The position numbers and the translations under genes are program-made. A stretch of 64,000 nt of DNA from Candidatus Latescibacterota bacterium (lineage in GTDB: Bacteria; Latescibacterota; UBA2968; GCA-2709665), in NCBI GenBank assembly GCA_965203805.1, contig OZ241917.1:4224001-4288000 (forward strand). The letters are read 5' to 3'. A model generated the notes under the pieces. That model worked only from the letters and a program-made list of their open reading frames with translations, made no database searches and was not told the DNA's origin. Below are positions 1-10,020 of this stretch, piece by piece; within the stretch, counting starts at the first letter, position 1, and the number at the start of each line of letters is the position of its first letter.

Positions 1-1
1 G

Positions 2-3000
2 ACGATAGCAAGTGTGCTTTCGGGCGATCTCGATGACGCCTCGCGCCATTACGCCAGCGCGTTTGACTGGATACGTCACGATATCGAAAGCGCAAGAGAC
101 AATGATCACAGCCGGCAAAGGCCGGAGCAGATCGACCACGCCTCGATTCCATTCTTTCGCGTGGCACAGGGAAGACAACGCCGAGCCATCCGCTTTATGG
201 GAATCTGGTATCCTTGGTACGCGTTTGAGATAAGTGGACAATTCTTCGAACTGTGCCGTCAAGCCATCAGGCGTGATCCTGAGTTTCGTCCACAGCTTGA
301 CGCATTCCTCGACGCATTGACTAGCCAGATTGGCCTTCTCGCAGGTGCGATGTCGTTTGTGGACTTAAGCGACGAAAGAAGCCAGGAATTGCTAGGAAAA
401 CTGGCAAAGGTGTGCAAACGCACTACAAATGTCAAGACGGCTGGGGGATACACTGAGGAGCGACGGCACGAGCTACCGGACGGGTTGCGGAAAGCTGCCG
501 CTATAGCGGCTTCATTTGGAATGGCCGAGGAGGCTCTTGGGATTTCGCTTCGGGCACCACACGCGCGTCCCCGGGTCTGGTCGATGGTAGACTTGTACTC
601 GGATGGGGAGCTTCTCCCGTTCTTGTTCAGAGTCGCACTTCGCGCGGCTGTGACGAGCACCGAAGTGCATCAGCGTGACATTCTCCCGAGCGAGTTGTAC
701 GGACTGGCGAAAGGGATCGATAAATCGTTGCCTCGTGACCAGTTTCAGAAAAAGCTGAAAGAAAAGCTCCAAAAGCAAATCGATCGGGATAGAGACCTTG
801 CAGAAAACGAGCGCCAGATTCGTGAAGGCGTTGAACGCGATATTGATCGCTTTCTCAATCACCGACTAGGCCCCCTACTCGAACTCACCCGTGCTTTTGC
901 GTCGTTTCTTGGCAGCCGTGTAGGGCAAGCGGACAGGCCGTTTACAGAGCTTGTTAACGTATGGGCGCGAGTCCGAACCAATCCGGAGGGTTATCACATT
1001 GAGTCGCAAATCAGTCGCTTCTTTCACCTGCTTGGAACCCGTGTGGTCATATTTGCCCTGTGGGCGCGCAGAGACATCAGGGCAGCCTCCGCAAGATTCT
1101 TACTGAAACACCTGCATCAGTCGAATAACCTGCCCCCGTCAACGCTGATTGAAATCATTGCAACCGTCGCGAGAAGGCCTCGGTTCGGTGTAATCTCTGG
1201 AGAGCAGGCGGTTAGAGCAAGGTCTCTGATCGAACGCGAGGACGACGTCAACACCCGCACGGTGTTATTCGCGAAACTGGCGCGAGCTATTCTACCAGTA
1301 AGCGCAGACGAAGCAGCTGAGTATTTTCGGACAGGGCTCGAACAGCTGGATGCGATTGGCTCTGGTGACTATGACTTCACGAACGCGCTTCTCCAATTCG
1401 CGTCTGCCATAAAGGGCGATGAACTCTCGGAAGAGAGTTTTCATACTTTCACTAATATATGTGAACTCAATACACTCTATAATGAGGAGGAGAAGTTTAC
1501 GTGGGCAACCTTCGGAACAGCTATGTCGAAGGTCTCAGGCCCGCGCGGACTTACAAAGCTCTCACGTTGGCATGATCGAGGCAAGGTTAGCCTGAAGTAC
1601 ACGTTGCTTCCATACCTAGCCGCTCTCTTGAGGGACGGGAAGATCGACCCAGAAGATGCCGTAGCGCTCAATTGTCTGGCAGATCCTGCTGAGCTTTGGG
1701 CATGCAATACTGAGACATTTGCGAACATTATACATAAGGGACGTTTTTCCAACGCCGAAATTCTCATTACGGAGTCTGTACAGCAATACGAGGCGAACAA
1801 TCCACTCTTTCCTTCGGCAAACATACTGAAAACGCTGGCTGCTATCGCAGGCGATGTCTTCGGCAAACGGCACGCGAAGACAAAGAACCTAATGAGAACA
1901 CATCGACGAATCAGCGAGGTCAATCACGATCTAAACCGACAGCAAGATTACAATCCAGCAGGCGGTGTACGGCTTGGAGAATTGGCCGACGATGCCCAGC
2001 AGAAATCAATCCAGGCGCGAGATACCGCCGCGAAAACTAACCCTCTAGACGAAGATTCCCTACGGAACGCTATCAGTCAGATGAAGGACGCGAGATTCTC
2101 TGGCGAGCTTAAGTCGGAATTCTTCCGTAGGCTTCGCGCAAGAGTGCGCCTTGCGGACCGCTCAAAATACATATGGCTTGTAGCGTGTCTTGAAGAGCTG
2201 GATACGTACGCCAAATTCGAGGAACTGGCGGAGTGCAAGAGTGCTTGGTCAGCCAGTTCCGCCGGTTTGAACTCCCTCTACAAGACTCTCGCGACACCCA
2301 TACTCGATATTCATGCCGAAGACTTGCTGGATTTCGGAAGACTTTCCACCTATCAACTCAAGAATGTATCGGACCTTACAGGCGTGCCCGTGGGGGCGCT
2401 GGCCATCGAACTTGCTAACGTCTTTTCAATGGCGGATTGGACCGTACCCTCATCAGCATGGTTGGGACTTGCCTCCATTATTTGTAAGGATGCAGACAAG
2501 GGACAAGGTCAGAAGGCCCTGAGAAATCTATTCAATAGCGCTCCCGCGAGAATGACGTCGACGGTTGTGGACGGGCCATGGAAACCGGGCCTGTATCCAG
2601 CCAGCGAAGTGAGCGCTATCGCCTCGGGTCTTGTTTGGCAATTGCTCGGATCTCCTCGTGCAACCGACCGTTGGCGTGCTGCGCACAGCGTTCGATGCTT
2701 CGCAAGGATGGGTCGCTGGGAAGTCATTGATGCGCTCGCGCACAAGCTGCCGTCGATGGATTCGAAGGGGTACGGTGCGCCGGAACTGCCGTTCTATTAC
2801 CTTCATGCGCGACTGTGGTTGCTTATATCGCTTGCTAGGATTGCCCTTGATTTCCCTGAGGAGATAGCGAATTATCGAGAGAAACTTATGTGTTTCGCTC
2901 TTGACGACTCTCACCCCCACGTCGTAATTCGACACTTCGCCAAGGAAGCCATTCTTGCTTGTGATAGAGCCGGTGCATTATCACTTTCTCAGAAACAGCG

Positions 3001-4258
3001 CGAACAGCTGCGAACTGTGAATGATTCTCCGTTTCCGCACCGAATCAATCGAGGGAGGCGTTACGACAGGGCTGATTTTTATAAACGACATTCAGACGAT
3101 GGTTCAAATCCAGATGACAGGTTCTTTGTAGATTGGGACTTTGACAAGTATGATGTCCACGACCTTGCCAATGTCTTCGCTCAACAGGGCTGGGCCGTAA
3201 GGAACCTCATCTCGGACGAAGTTCACAGGCTCGATCCTTCCGTGACTAGCATGTACGACGATGCAGACCGCGAGATTCCCTTTCGCCGTCCCTCAGCTGG
3301 ATTGACTTCAAGTATTGATGTTTATGGACAATACCTCGCATGGCATGCGCTTGGTTTCGTTTCAGCATACCTGCTTTCACAGCATCCCATCGCAGAAGAC
3401 CAGGAACATTGCGAGCGCTGGACAAGTTGGCTTTCAAACAAACTACTAACACGTAGCGATGGCCTATGGCTTTCAGATGGAATGGACCGTCAACCGTTAA
3501 GTGTAAAAGTCAATTTACTTAATAAAGGAGAAGAAGGACTCGTGCTGACTGGCGACCGGAAAAAGCTAACAGGCTTGGTAGGGATCGATGGTCCGACAGT
3601 CGGTCGTGAACTTGTCGTCGAAGGCGATTGGAAATCGCACGACGGGATCGACGTTCAAATCAGCTCTGCTTTAGTAAATCTAGGCAAGGGTAGAAAGCTC
3701 GCCAAAGAACTCCTTGAGAAAAACGACGCGTTTTCCATGTGGCTCCCAACGTTAAATTACGATGGCGAAGAGAACGAGCCCTTCCTTACCGAAGAGAACG
3801 AGTATATGCCTTGGATCGTTAGTCCGACATACGAAGGAGAAAAGCTTGATCGATATGATCCCCTAAGCGTTATTACTGTCGAACGACGTCCCCGCTTTGC
3901 GGCAAGCGTCGCCGAGAAATTCTCACTTAAGCCTGGCGATCACTTCGGACGAAAATGGCTGTTGCCAAGAAGAAAGATTGCTGCGACAACAGATTCGTGG
4001 GGCTTCGAGATACCCTATGAGGACGGCGGCCAGAGGTGTGCGAGGCTTGTTTGCAGGACGGAGTTTCTCAGCAGAGTGCTGGAATGGAAAAAGGCCGATC
4101 TCATATTAATGATCAAACTCAGCCGATATGTTGAAGGAGACCGGGTCAATCGGAAAAGTCGATTTTCTAAAACTGTCGCCGTTTTGCGGGTTAGAAAGGA
4201 TCTGACGTTCGAGTATTTCGCCGGTCCCGTGAATCAAGTAAAACAGTCGGGTTTCTGA
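2..4258 (+). CDS. Avs3a-like (AVAST type 3) STAND anti-phage protein, C-terminal helical/TPR sensor region; 5'-truncated by the window edge
   Basis: Frame is open from nt 2. The C-terminal blocks LLGSPRATDRWRAAHSV, LPFYYLHARLWLLISLAR, PHVVIRHFA, YLAWHAL, LTRSDGLWLSD, ISSALV and LDRYDP match my recollection of the Avs3a C-terminus. The NTPase and effector domains lie outside the window. Confidence 0.75.
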   Translation, partial: TIASVLSGDLDDASRHYASAFDWIRHDIESARDNDHSRQRPEQIDHASIPFFRVAQGRQRRAIRFMGIWYPWYAFEISGQFFELCRQAIRRDPEFRPQLDAFLDALTSQIGLLAGAMSFVDLSDERSQELLGKLAKVCKRTTNVKTAGGYTEERRHELPDGLRKAAAIAASFGMAEEALGISLRAPHARPRVWSMVDLYSDGELLPFLFRVALRAAVTSTEVHQRDILPSELYGLAKGIDKSLPRDQFQKKLKEKLQKQIDRDRDLAENERQIREGVERDIDRFLNHRLGPLLELTRAFASFLGSRVGQADRPFTELVNVWARVRTNPEGYHIESQISRFFHLLGTRVVIFALWARRDIRAASARFLLKHLHQSNNLPPSTLIEIIATVARRPRFGVISGEQAVRARSLIEREDDVNTRTVLFAKLARAILPVSADEAAEYFRTGLEQLDAIGSGDYDFTNALLQFASAIKGDELSEESFHTFTNICELNTLYNEEEKFTWATFGTAMSKVSGPRGLTKLSRWHDRGKVSLKYTLLPYLAALLRDGKIDPEDAVALNCLADPAELWACNTETFANIIHKGRFSNAEILITESVQQYEANNPLFPSANILKTLAAIAGDVFGKRHAKTKNLMRTHRRISEVNHDLNRQQDYNPAGGVRLGELADDAQQKSIQARDTAAKTNPLDEDSLRNAISQMKDARFSGELKSEFFRRLRARVRLADRSKYIWLVACLEELDTYAKFEELAECKSAWSASSAGLNSLYKTLATPILDIHAEDLLDFGRLSTYQLKNVSDLTGVPVGALAIELANVFSMADWTVPSSAWLGLASIICKDADKGQGQKALRNLFNSAPARMTSTVVDGPWKPGLYPASEVSAIASGLVWQLLGSPRATDRWRAAHSVRCFARMGRWEVIDALAHKLPSMDSKGYGAPELPFYYLHARLWLLISLARIALDFPEEIANYREKLMCFALDDSHPHVVIRHFAKEAILACDRAGALSLSQKQREQLRTVNDSPFPHRINRGRRYDRADFYKRHSDDGSNPDDRFFVDWDFDKYDVHDLANVFAQQGWAVRNLISDEVHRLDPSVTSMYDDADREIPFRRPSAGLTSSIDVYGQYLAWHALGFVSAYLLSQHPIAEDQEHCERWTSWLSNKLLTRSDGLWLSDGMDRQPLSVKVNLLNKGEEGLVLTGDRKKLTGLVGIDGPTVGRELVVEGDWKSHDGIDVQISSALVNLGKGRKLAKELLEKNDAFSMWLPTLNYDGEENEPFLTEENEYMPWIVSPTYEGEKLDRYDPLSVITVERRPRFAASVAEKFSLKPGDHFGRKWLLPRRKIAATTDSWGFEIPYEDGGQRCARLVCRTEFLSRVLEWKKADLILMIKLSRYVEGDRVNRKSRFSKTVAVLRVRKDLTFEYFAGPVNQVKQSGF

Positions 4259-4372
4259 CCGTACCCAGTTCTATCGTGGACATTACGCCGCTTTCGTCCG
4301 GCGAGTTCTTGAGGTGCAACAAGGAAATGTGCAATGAAATAGTGGCTGCATCAATCCTTCTAGGAGACGCCC

Positions 4373-5143
4373 ATGCTTACGCAAGCGCAGTTGGCGCAAT
4401 ACGACCGGGACGGGTTCGTGCTGGTGCGGGGACTGATTCCGGAAGGGACGATTGCGAGCGCGGAGGCGGCGATGTGGTCTGTCCTAGGCATGGACCGGGA
4501 CGATCGAGCTTCGTGGTCTCCGTTGCCCGGGGACTCAGATGGGGTGACGACCGTCGGCAGCCAGGGGGTGATTGAACACTTCGGGCTCAAGGACCACGCG
4601 TTAATGGCCTGTTATACTCCCACATTCGATGAAGTGCAGAGCCAACTTGCCGGGAAAAACGCGGATGCATTTCACTGTCCGAAACCGCAGCCGGAGGCGG
4701 TTTGGACGCGCAGTGTCTTTCCGGTTTCGGATAGCTGGAATCATCACAGCGGGCATGCCGATGGCCAACATCGACCATTCGATGTCTTTCCGGGGTCCTT
4801 CCGCGTCTCGTCCCTGACGTATCTCGATTCCGGCGTCGCGCAGGGCGGCGGAACCGTGGTCTGGCCTGGATCGCACCGGACGCTGGGCGACGCTGCGACG
4901 AAGGATCCCGGAAGGTATCGTACGCTGTCTGACTTTGAGAGACCGACCCGGAAGTTCGACTTGGGCGATCCGATTGAGATGAGGCCGTCCCGGGGAGAAG
5001 TACTCTTTTTTCACTATCTGCTTGTTCACGCCGGATCGCTCAATACAGGTCACAAACCGCGTTTCGCGCTACGGTGGATGTGCACGTGCGACACGTGCCG
5101 CATCTGGGAAAAGTACGGCAAGTGGAATATTTGGATGCCTTGA
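4373..5143 (+). CDS. Phytanoyl-CoA dioxygenase (PhyH) family Fe/2OG oxygenase
   Basis: MLTQAQLAQYDRDGFVLVRG start, HAD (HxD), GGTVVWPGSH, distal H in LVHAGSLN, conserved R; RBS AGGAG. Confidence 0.85.
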   Translation: MLTQAQLAQYDRDGFVLVRGLIPEGTIASAEAAMWSVLGMDRDDRASWSPLPGDSDGVTTVGSQGVIEHFGLKDHALMACYTPTFDEVQSQLAGKNADAFHCPKPQPEAVWTRSVFPVSDSWNHHSGHADGQHRPFDVFPGSFRVSSLTYLDSGVAQGGGTVVWPGSHRTLGDAATKDPGRYRTLSDFERPTRKFDLGDPIEMRPSRGEVLFFHYLLVHAGSLNTGHKPRFALRWMCTCDTCRIWEKYGKWNIWMP

Positions 5144-5186
5144 AGGTGGGGGCGTCGGGCAGCGAAACGGTGGCATTTCGACAAGC

Positions 5187-6194
5187 TCAGCGTCCACATA
5201 GAATTCGTTCGACTTGATTCTCGTCGAGAAAATCTAATGCGTTACGTAATACGGAGTCGCACTGTCCTGGTGGCTGAGCCGGTAATAGTTCGAACCACGG
5301 TTCTGCATAGTCGGCCCTGACTTGCAGTAAAGGAGACCTGAGCAAGGGTAATGCCGGATGACGACCAGATAACATATGGGAGGGGGTCACGTCATAAGCA
5401 AAGTGCAGCATAGGAGTCTTGTTTGCTCCATTGTACAAAACAGTCGGCCTGGCTGACACACAGACATCCGAGTTACCTGCGGCTATAGCAATCATGTAGC
5501 CTAATGTGCCGTGAACCAGTCTTGCCGCCTCTTCGCCTGGAGATTCAGTTTCCTCCAACAAAAAGCTGATCGTATCGCTGGTTTCGGCATTCTCCATTTC
5601 CATTGAAGCAGTCAAGAACTGCCGCATTTGTCGCCTATCGCTAGCCCCATAGAGCTTGGACTCCACCGTGAGCATCAGAAGCCACGGTTGCCATGCATCT
5701 TGGCGATCAGCATCAAAGAGGCGCCTAAGGGCATGGGCTCTGTTTTGGACACTTAAGTTACCGCGTTCATATGGCAGAAATTTGCCATAGTAGTCAAGGT
5801 AAATGACGTCAAAATCCCATATGTACCCCGCGTCGGTCCGGAAAGTGGTTGAGACAAATTCCGAAGGTGGCTTCCCGCTCTTGTTTCTCAATATGATCTT
5901 GTCGACGTCACCCAAATGGGCTCGATGGCGTATGCTACTAAACTGAGTCCTTAGAACATGCTTAACAGACTGAAACCTTTCACTGCTGAATTCTACGGCG
6001 GCTATGTACTCGCAGAGGCGGCCCCAGCAGCGCAAGTCCAACGCTTCCTCACCAGGCAAGCCGAAATATCTGATTTTACCCTTCTTTCGACGTACTGCTG
6101 CCTCGACCAACGGTTGATCATACTTTTCTCTAACTACGTTTTTTTCTGCACTGGAATAGTAGCTCTTTCCTTGACGACTGGGGCTTCTTCCCAT
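5187..6194 (-). CDS. Divergent class I SAM-methyltransferase-fold protein
   Basis: Rossmann-like motif order YFGLPG, IAAVE, GDV, FDVIYLDYYG; GGGAGG RBS in the 8-nt gap after the upstream ATPase stop. Confidence 0.6.
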   Translation of the reverse strand: MGRSPSRQGKSYYSSAEKNVVREKYDQPLVEAAVRRKKGKIRYFGLPGEEALDLRCWGRLCEYIAAVEFSSERFQSVKHVLRTQFSSIRHRAHLGDVDKIILRNKSGKPPSEFVSTTFRTDAGYIWDFDVIYLDYYGKFLPYERGNLSVQNRAHALRRLFDADRQDAWQPWLLMLTVESKLYGASDRRQMRQFLTASMEMENAETSDTISFLLEETESPGEEAARLVHGTLGYMIAIAAGNSDVCVSARPTVLYNGANKTPMLHFAYDVTPSHMLSGRHPALPLLRSPLLQVRADYAEPWFELLPAQPPGQCDSVLRNALDFLDENQVERILCGR

Positions 6195-6202
6195 TGCCTC
6201 CC

Positions 6203-8065
6203 TTAGCTCCCTATTTCCTCGGCAATCGCTTCAACAATAGCTCGTAGCACTGTTTCATATCCCTCACCTCTCCCACCCATTCCAATCACCAGACCTCGGT
6301 CGATTGCTTTTACAAGGGCATCCTCAGGCGTGCTTTCTAGCGAAACACCATGCTGTGCCAACGCCTCTCCCAGTGACACTGGTGCTAAGGGTGACCAACC
6401 CAGTAGGGTTCTCAACTCCCTACGAGAGGACTCCAATTCGGGACGAAGGTCGACACCTGTTGCCTTAAGTTCGTCAAGAACCCCTATGGCTCTCGTAACT
6501 GACCTAGTATTGATCGAGGATACCAAAGCCTCTGCCGCTTTCTTATATTGAACATCGCGAGTCTCTTCGGCTATCCGCAGTGCAATGCTGAGTGCGTTCT
6601 TTAATAACATCTCTTGAGGAGGAGGTTGGGTAACTTTGCGTCGTTTTCGTTCTGTACTCCTTTGTGCGGCCCTAGCGACACCTCCCAATTGGCTGATAGC
6701 CGACTGAAGTCTGCTGATTACGTCGTCCAAGAGACCCTGTTGTACGTCATCAAATTGGACTCGCGGCCGTCCGCGTGGCTTTCGCTTATGGGTCGCGATC
6801 TGTTGATGCACGTTCTCAAGTTCTTTGCGATAGTTTTCACTGTTCCTATAGACCTCGTAGCTGTCTGAATTCGGTGCATCCTTTTGTTTCCGTAGCTGTT
6901 CGATGGTGGTGTCGATTCCCTCAAGTAGCCGGTCTGCCCTAATCATCGCCTGCATAGCGCGAGCCTTGCGACTGAGAGGATAAAAGAAATCTTCTGCTTG
7001 CTTTGCGAAAAGTTGCCTGGCTGGGCTGGATTCTAGGTCATTCCGCGCAGCATTAGGAAAGATCTGATCAGTTACCAATATGTGGACTTCCCCCGTATAG
7101 TGATGGTATAGAGTTCCTCCCCCAACGGCGGGCCAAAGCCCTTTGAGCGCAAGCCTATCCCCTAAAGTGAACCCCTTTACCTTTAATAGGAAGCCACTTA
7201 CTTCTGAACCCTCATGCATGGGTAGCTGCTTTCCATTAGCAGACAGTGCGTACCACACGAAGGCCAATGCTGTGCCGTCCGGTGCCTTTATCCAATTAGA
7301 TTCCGGGCTGTATACTCCTGTCGCGACTGGAGGAAATACCTCTACGTCACTCTCGTCAGCGATTCGTAGAGTAATCCGAACTGGATTTAGCCTAACGTTG
7401 TCTTCAAGCCATCCATTGACTTTTTCACCATAGCCATCTTCTGAGAAAGCCACAGGAATCGTTCTTAGAAGATAATCGTTGACCTCTGCCGCATTGTTTA
7501 ATTGCGCTCTGTATTCGTCGCCCAATCCATCTAACTCCACCACAGTAAAGTGCTCGCCGACATCGCCATAGTAAGGTTCAACGAACAATTCACTATACTG
7601 ATACATTAGGTCTGGAAGTCCAACACCCTGACGGGCATCAGAAGCTTTGTCAGCTTCAAGCAGGCGGCGCATTTCGCCAAATTGAAAGGTCCAACCAACG
7701 AGGTTTTCCATCCCGACTTTCTTGCTTGTGATCGTCATCTCTTCACATATTCCGAACGCCGAATAGATGCCAATGCCGCGATACCCGACCATTTCTCTGG
7801 GGCTTTTTTCAGACATTCCAAATCGCCGAGCGACCCGGATCCCCTCCTGATTCATGCCGTAGCCATCATCTCTAATCACAGCTTGGGAGCCATCAACCGT
7901 AATGAGAATGTGACCGGCTTCAGCATCCACCCCGTTTTGGACATATTCCCTGAGTGCATCTTTCGCGTCGGAGTACAGGCCTCGTGAAAGGATGTCCAAT
8001 AGCTCCCCGCCTACCTCCCAACTCTCTAGCTGAACTCGCCGCGTTTGGCGTTCACTTTGATTCAT
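6203..8065 (-). CDS. GHKL (Hsp90/MORC-like) ATPase with S5-like domain, helical C-terminus and AT-hook
   Basis: REYVQNGVDA (ExxxN), DDGYGM, GYRGIG, YTGEVHI..PNAARNDLE; KRKPRGRPR. Confidence 0.85.
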   Translation of the reverse strand: MNQSERQTRRVQLESWEVGGELLDILSRGLYSDAKDALREYVQNGVDAEAGHILITVDGSQAVIRDDGYGMNQEGIRVARRFGMSEKSPREMVGYRGIGIYSAFGICEEMTITSKKVGMENLVGWTFQFGEMRRLLEADKASDARQGVGLPDLMYQYSELFVEPYYGDVGEHFTVVELDGLGDEYRAQLNNAAEVNDYLLRTIPVAFSEDGYGEKVNGWLEDNVRLNPVRITLRIADESDVEVFPPVATGVYSPESNWIKAPDGTALAFVWYALSANGKQLPMHEGSEVSGFLLKVKGFTLGDRLALKGLWPAVGGGTLYHHYTGEVHILVTDQIFPNAARNDLESSPARQLFAKQAEDFFYPLSRKARAMQAMIRADRLLEGIDTTIEQLRKQKDAPNSDSYEVYRNSENYRKELENVHQQIATHKRKPRGRPRVQFDDVQQGLLDDVISRLQSAISQLGGVARAAQRSTERKRRKVTQPPPQEMLLKNALSIALRIAEETRDVQYKKAAEALVSSINTRSVTRAIGVLDELKATGVDLRPELESSRRELRTLLGWSPLAPVSLGEALAQHGVSLESTPEDALVKAIDRGLVIGMGGRGEGYETVLRAIVEAIAEEIGS

Positions 8066-8451
8066 ATGGCAGGCCTCTGTAGCTTGTGAAATTCAGGAAT
8101 CTCGGATTGAGATTTCCGACCAACTCTTGAATTGCCGATAACAGAATCGCAGATTCGTTGAACTCGTCGTGAGTGATGTTGAAATCCAGAATTGAGACTG
8201 AAAAGCCGCCGGTCAGTTCATCTTGGACCTGCCACCACCATAGGAACGTTAGAGAATTCACCGAAACGTCCACCGAATATTCTCACTTCGATGCAGAATT
8301 CGTGATGCAACTTGGAGCACTTTCCGTTCAGGCGAAGACTGAATCTCTCGCAAAGACTATAAACCACCATTTACGTCAATTGGACGAAATGAACATGCAA
8401 ACCGAGCTTAATCCGCCGTGGTTTGAATGACCAACGACCTGACGGAGCCAA

Positions 8452-10020
8452 TCAGACGGACATCGACTCCATCGCGTTGTACACTTTTCGGAACGCCTTC
8501 GCTACCCGGCCCTCGCCGCCGAGATTAAAGCTCGCATTGCGAACTCTTGCATTCAATCGCCACATTAGTCCCTCAATGGAGTTGTAGTCTTGCACTGATA
8601 ACGATTTGTACTTGCGGCGATTGTAATCGAGGAAGGGGAGTAGCTTTCCATTCAAGTGATGTAGATCAAAGCCTTTTTCTTCGATATAGGGACGGTATTG
8701 CTCGAACAATGGCGTGCTTGGCACCGGAGTAAACAGCATTGGAATCACGGAGCCGACACGGCTAGAGGCAAATGTGACTGTGTCGTATACCGCTTGCAGG
8801 TCTTCGTCTGGCAGGCCGAAGAGAATGAAGCAGTTGATGTCCTGGCAACGCGACTTGAATCCGGCCTTCTCAGCATTGTTCAACGCATAGAAAAACTTGT
8901 CCATGTTTGTGTGAGTCCGTTGCCACGATTTGGCCATGTTCGCGTTGACAGTTTCTAGCGGTAAATACAACCTCTTAAAGCCTGCGTCACGCATCAGTTG
9001 GACGGTGTCTTCGTGCAGCAGGCGCACTTCTATACCCTCTGGTGCGTGTAGTTTGATCCCTTTCAAATCGCGATCGTTGCAAATGAGTCGGCAAAGCTGC
9101 TTGAAATTCTCTCTGCCGAGCAGCAGGTTGTCTTCGTAAAAACAGAATTCGCGAATTCCTTGCTCAAACCGCCGCTTGATCTCATCGTACGCGACTTCGG
9201 ATTCCCGAACCCAGATCTTTCGGCCTTCGTTCAATACGTTTGCCGAACAGTAAGAACATTTAAAGGGGCAGCCTCGACTCGTCGTCATGATGAGGTAATC
9301 GGGCAATCTCTCGCCTTCTTCACCATCTTCGACGTCCCCTGCACCGTCTCTGTCGTACAACTCGATGGCAAGTGGAAGTGGATTCGCGTCCGGTATTGTC
9401 GCGGACACTACGATATCTCGCTTCTTCTGTTCGGGGTCAAGTGGATCAAGCTCACGACCCATCACGTGCATTGGATCATTCAACCCGAGGTTCTGCATGG
9501 CGTGGTCGGGAATAAGTGTGGGATAGATTCCACCAACACGGAAAACGGCCCTTGGAAACACCTGCCGACAGACTTCAATTACGTCACGGGTACTTTCCCA
9601 CCAGTACGTCATGATCGACGATATCCATATTTCATCTGGTTCTGGAAATACTACCTCGTCGAAAGGCGATTCATTCGCACTTCGTGCACGCGCTTTTATC
9701 GCTTCGAGCCGTTTTCGCAGTTCCTCGAGCGACATGCCGAAAACGTATTCGATCTTTTCGTCGGGCTGCGATTCGTAATTCGTCCATTTATCCGGGGTGA
9801 AGGGTTCGTCTGCGGAACAGAGTTTTCGTACACAGCGCTTTCGCTTTGGCACGGTTCGCCGCTTGTTGGCCTCCATGCAGTCAATCAGCTTCAGCATGTA
9901 GCCCTTGCCCTGAAGCCACGACGCAACGCGCAACAGCCCATAGGGCATACTCCAGTTTGCCCAATACTGTACGTCGTAGACAGGCGGGCTAATCAATAAC
10001 GCTGAGGGGGAACGCTTCAA
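8452..10020 (-). CDS. Cobalamin-binding radical SAM enzyme (class B methylase-like)
   Basis: N-terminal B12-binding domain (LLISPP..PYGLL..IWISSIMTYWW..VGGIYPT) plus SRGCPFKCSYC (CxxxCxxC, nt 9247-9270). Start placed at TTG 10020 behind a GGGAGGT RBS; the ORF track starts at 10077. Confidence 0.9.
   Translation of the reverse strand: MKRSPSALLISPPVYDVQYWANWSMPYGLLRVASWLQGKGYMLKLIDCMEANKRRTVPKRKRCVRKLCSADEPFTPDKWTNYESQPDEKIEYVFGMSLEELRKRLEAIKARARSANESPFDEVVFPEPDEIWISSIMTYWWESTRDVIEVCRQVFPRAVFRVGGIYPTLIPDHAMQNLGLNDPMHVMGRELDPLDPEQKKRDIVVSATIPDANPLPLAIELYDRDGAGDVEDGEEGERLPDYLIMTTSRGCPFKCSYCSANVLNEGRKIWVRESEVAYDEIKRRFEQGIREFCFYEDNLLLGRENFKQLCRLICNDRDLKGIKLHAPEGIEVRLLHEDTVQLMRDAGFKRLYLPLETVNANMAKSWQRTHTNMDKFFYALNNAEKAGFKSRCQDINCFILFGLPDEDLQAVYDTVTFASSRVGSVIPMLFTPVPSTPLFEQYRPYIEEKGFDLHHLNGKLLPFLDYNRRKYKSLSVQDYNSIEGLMWRLNARVRNASFNLGGEGRVAKAFRKVYNAMESMSV

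Noticed and set aside
8173-8430. 85-aa plus-strand ORF
   Set aside because: Opposite to the operon, no RBS, no recognisable family; left uncalled.
8066-8451. Cobalamin riboswitch next to the B12-dependent genes
   Set aside because: No B12-box or conserved GGGAA/ACTG elements recognisable on either strand.
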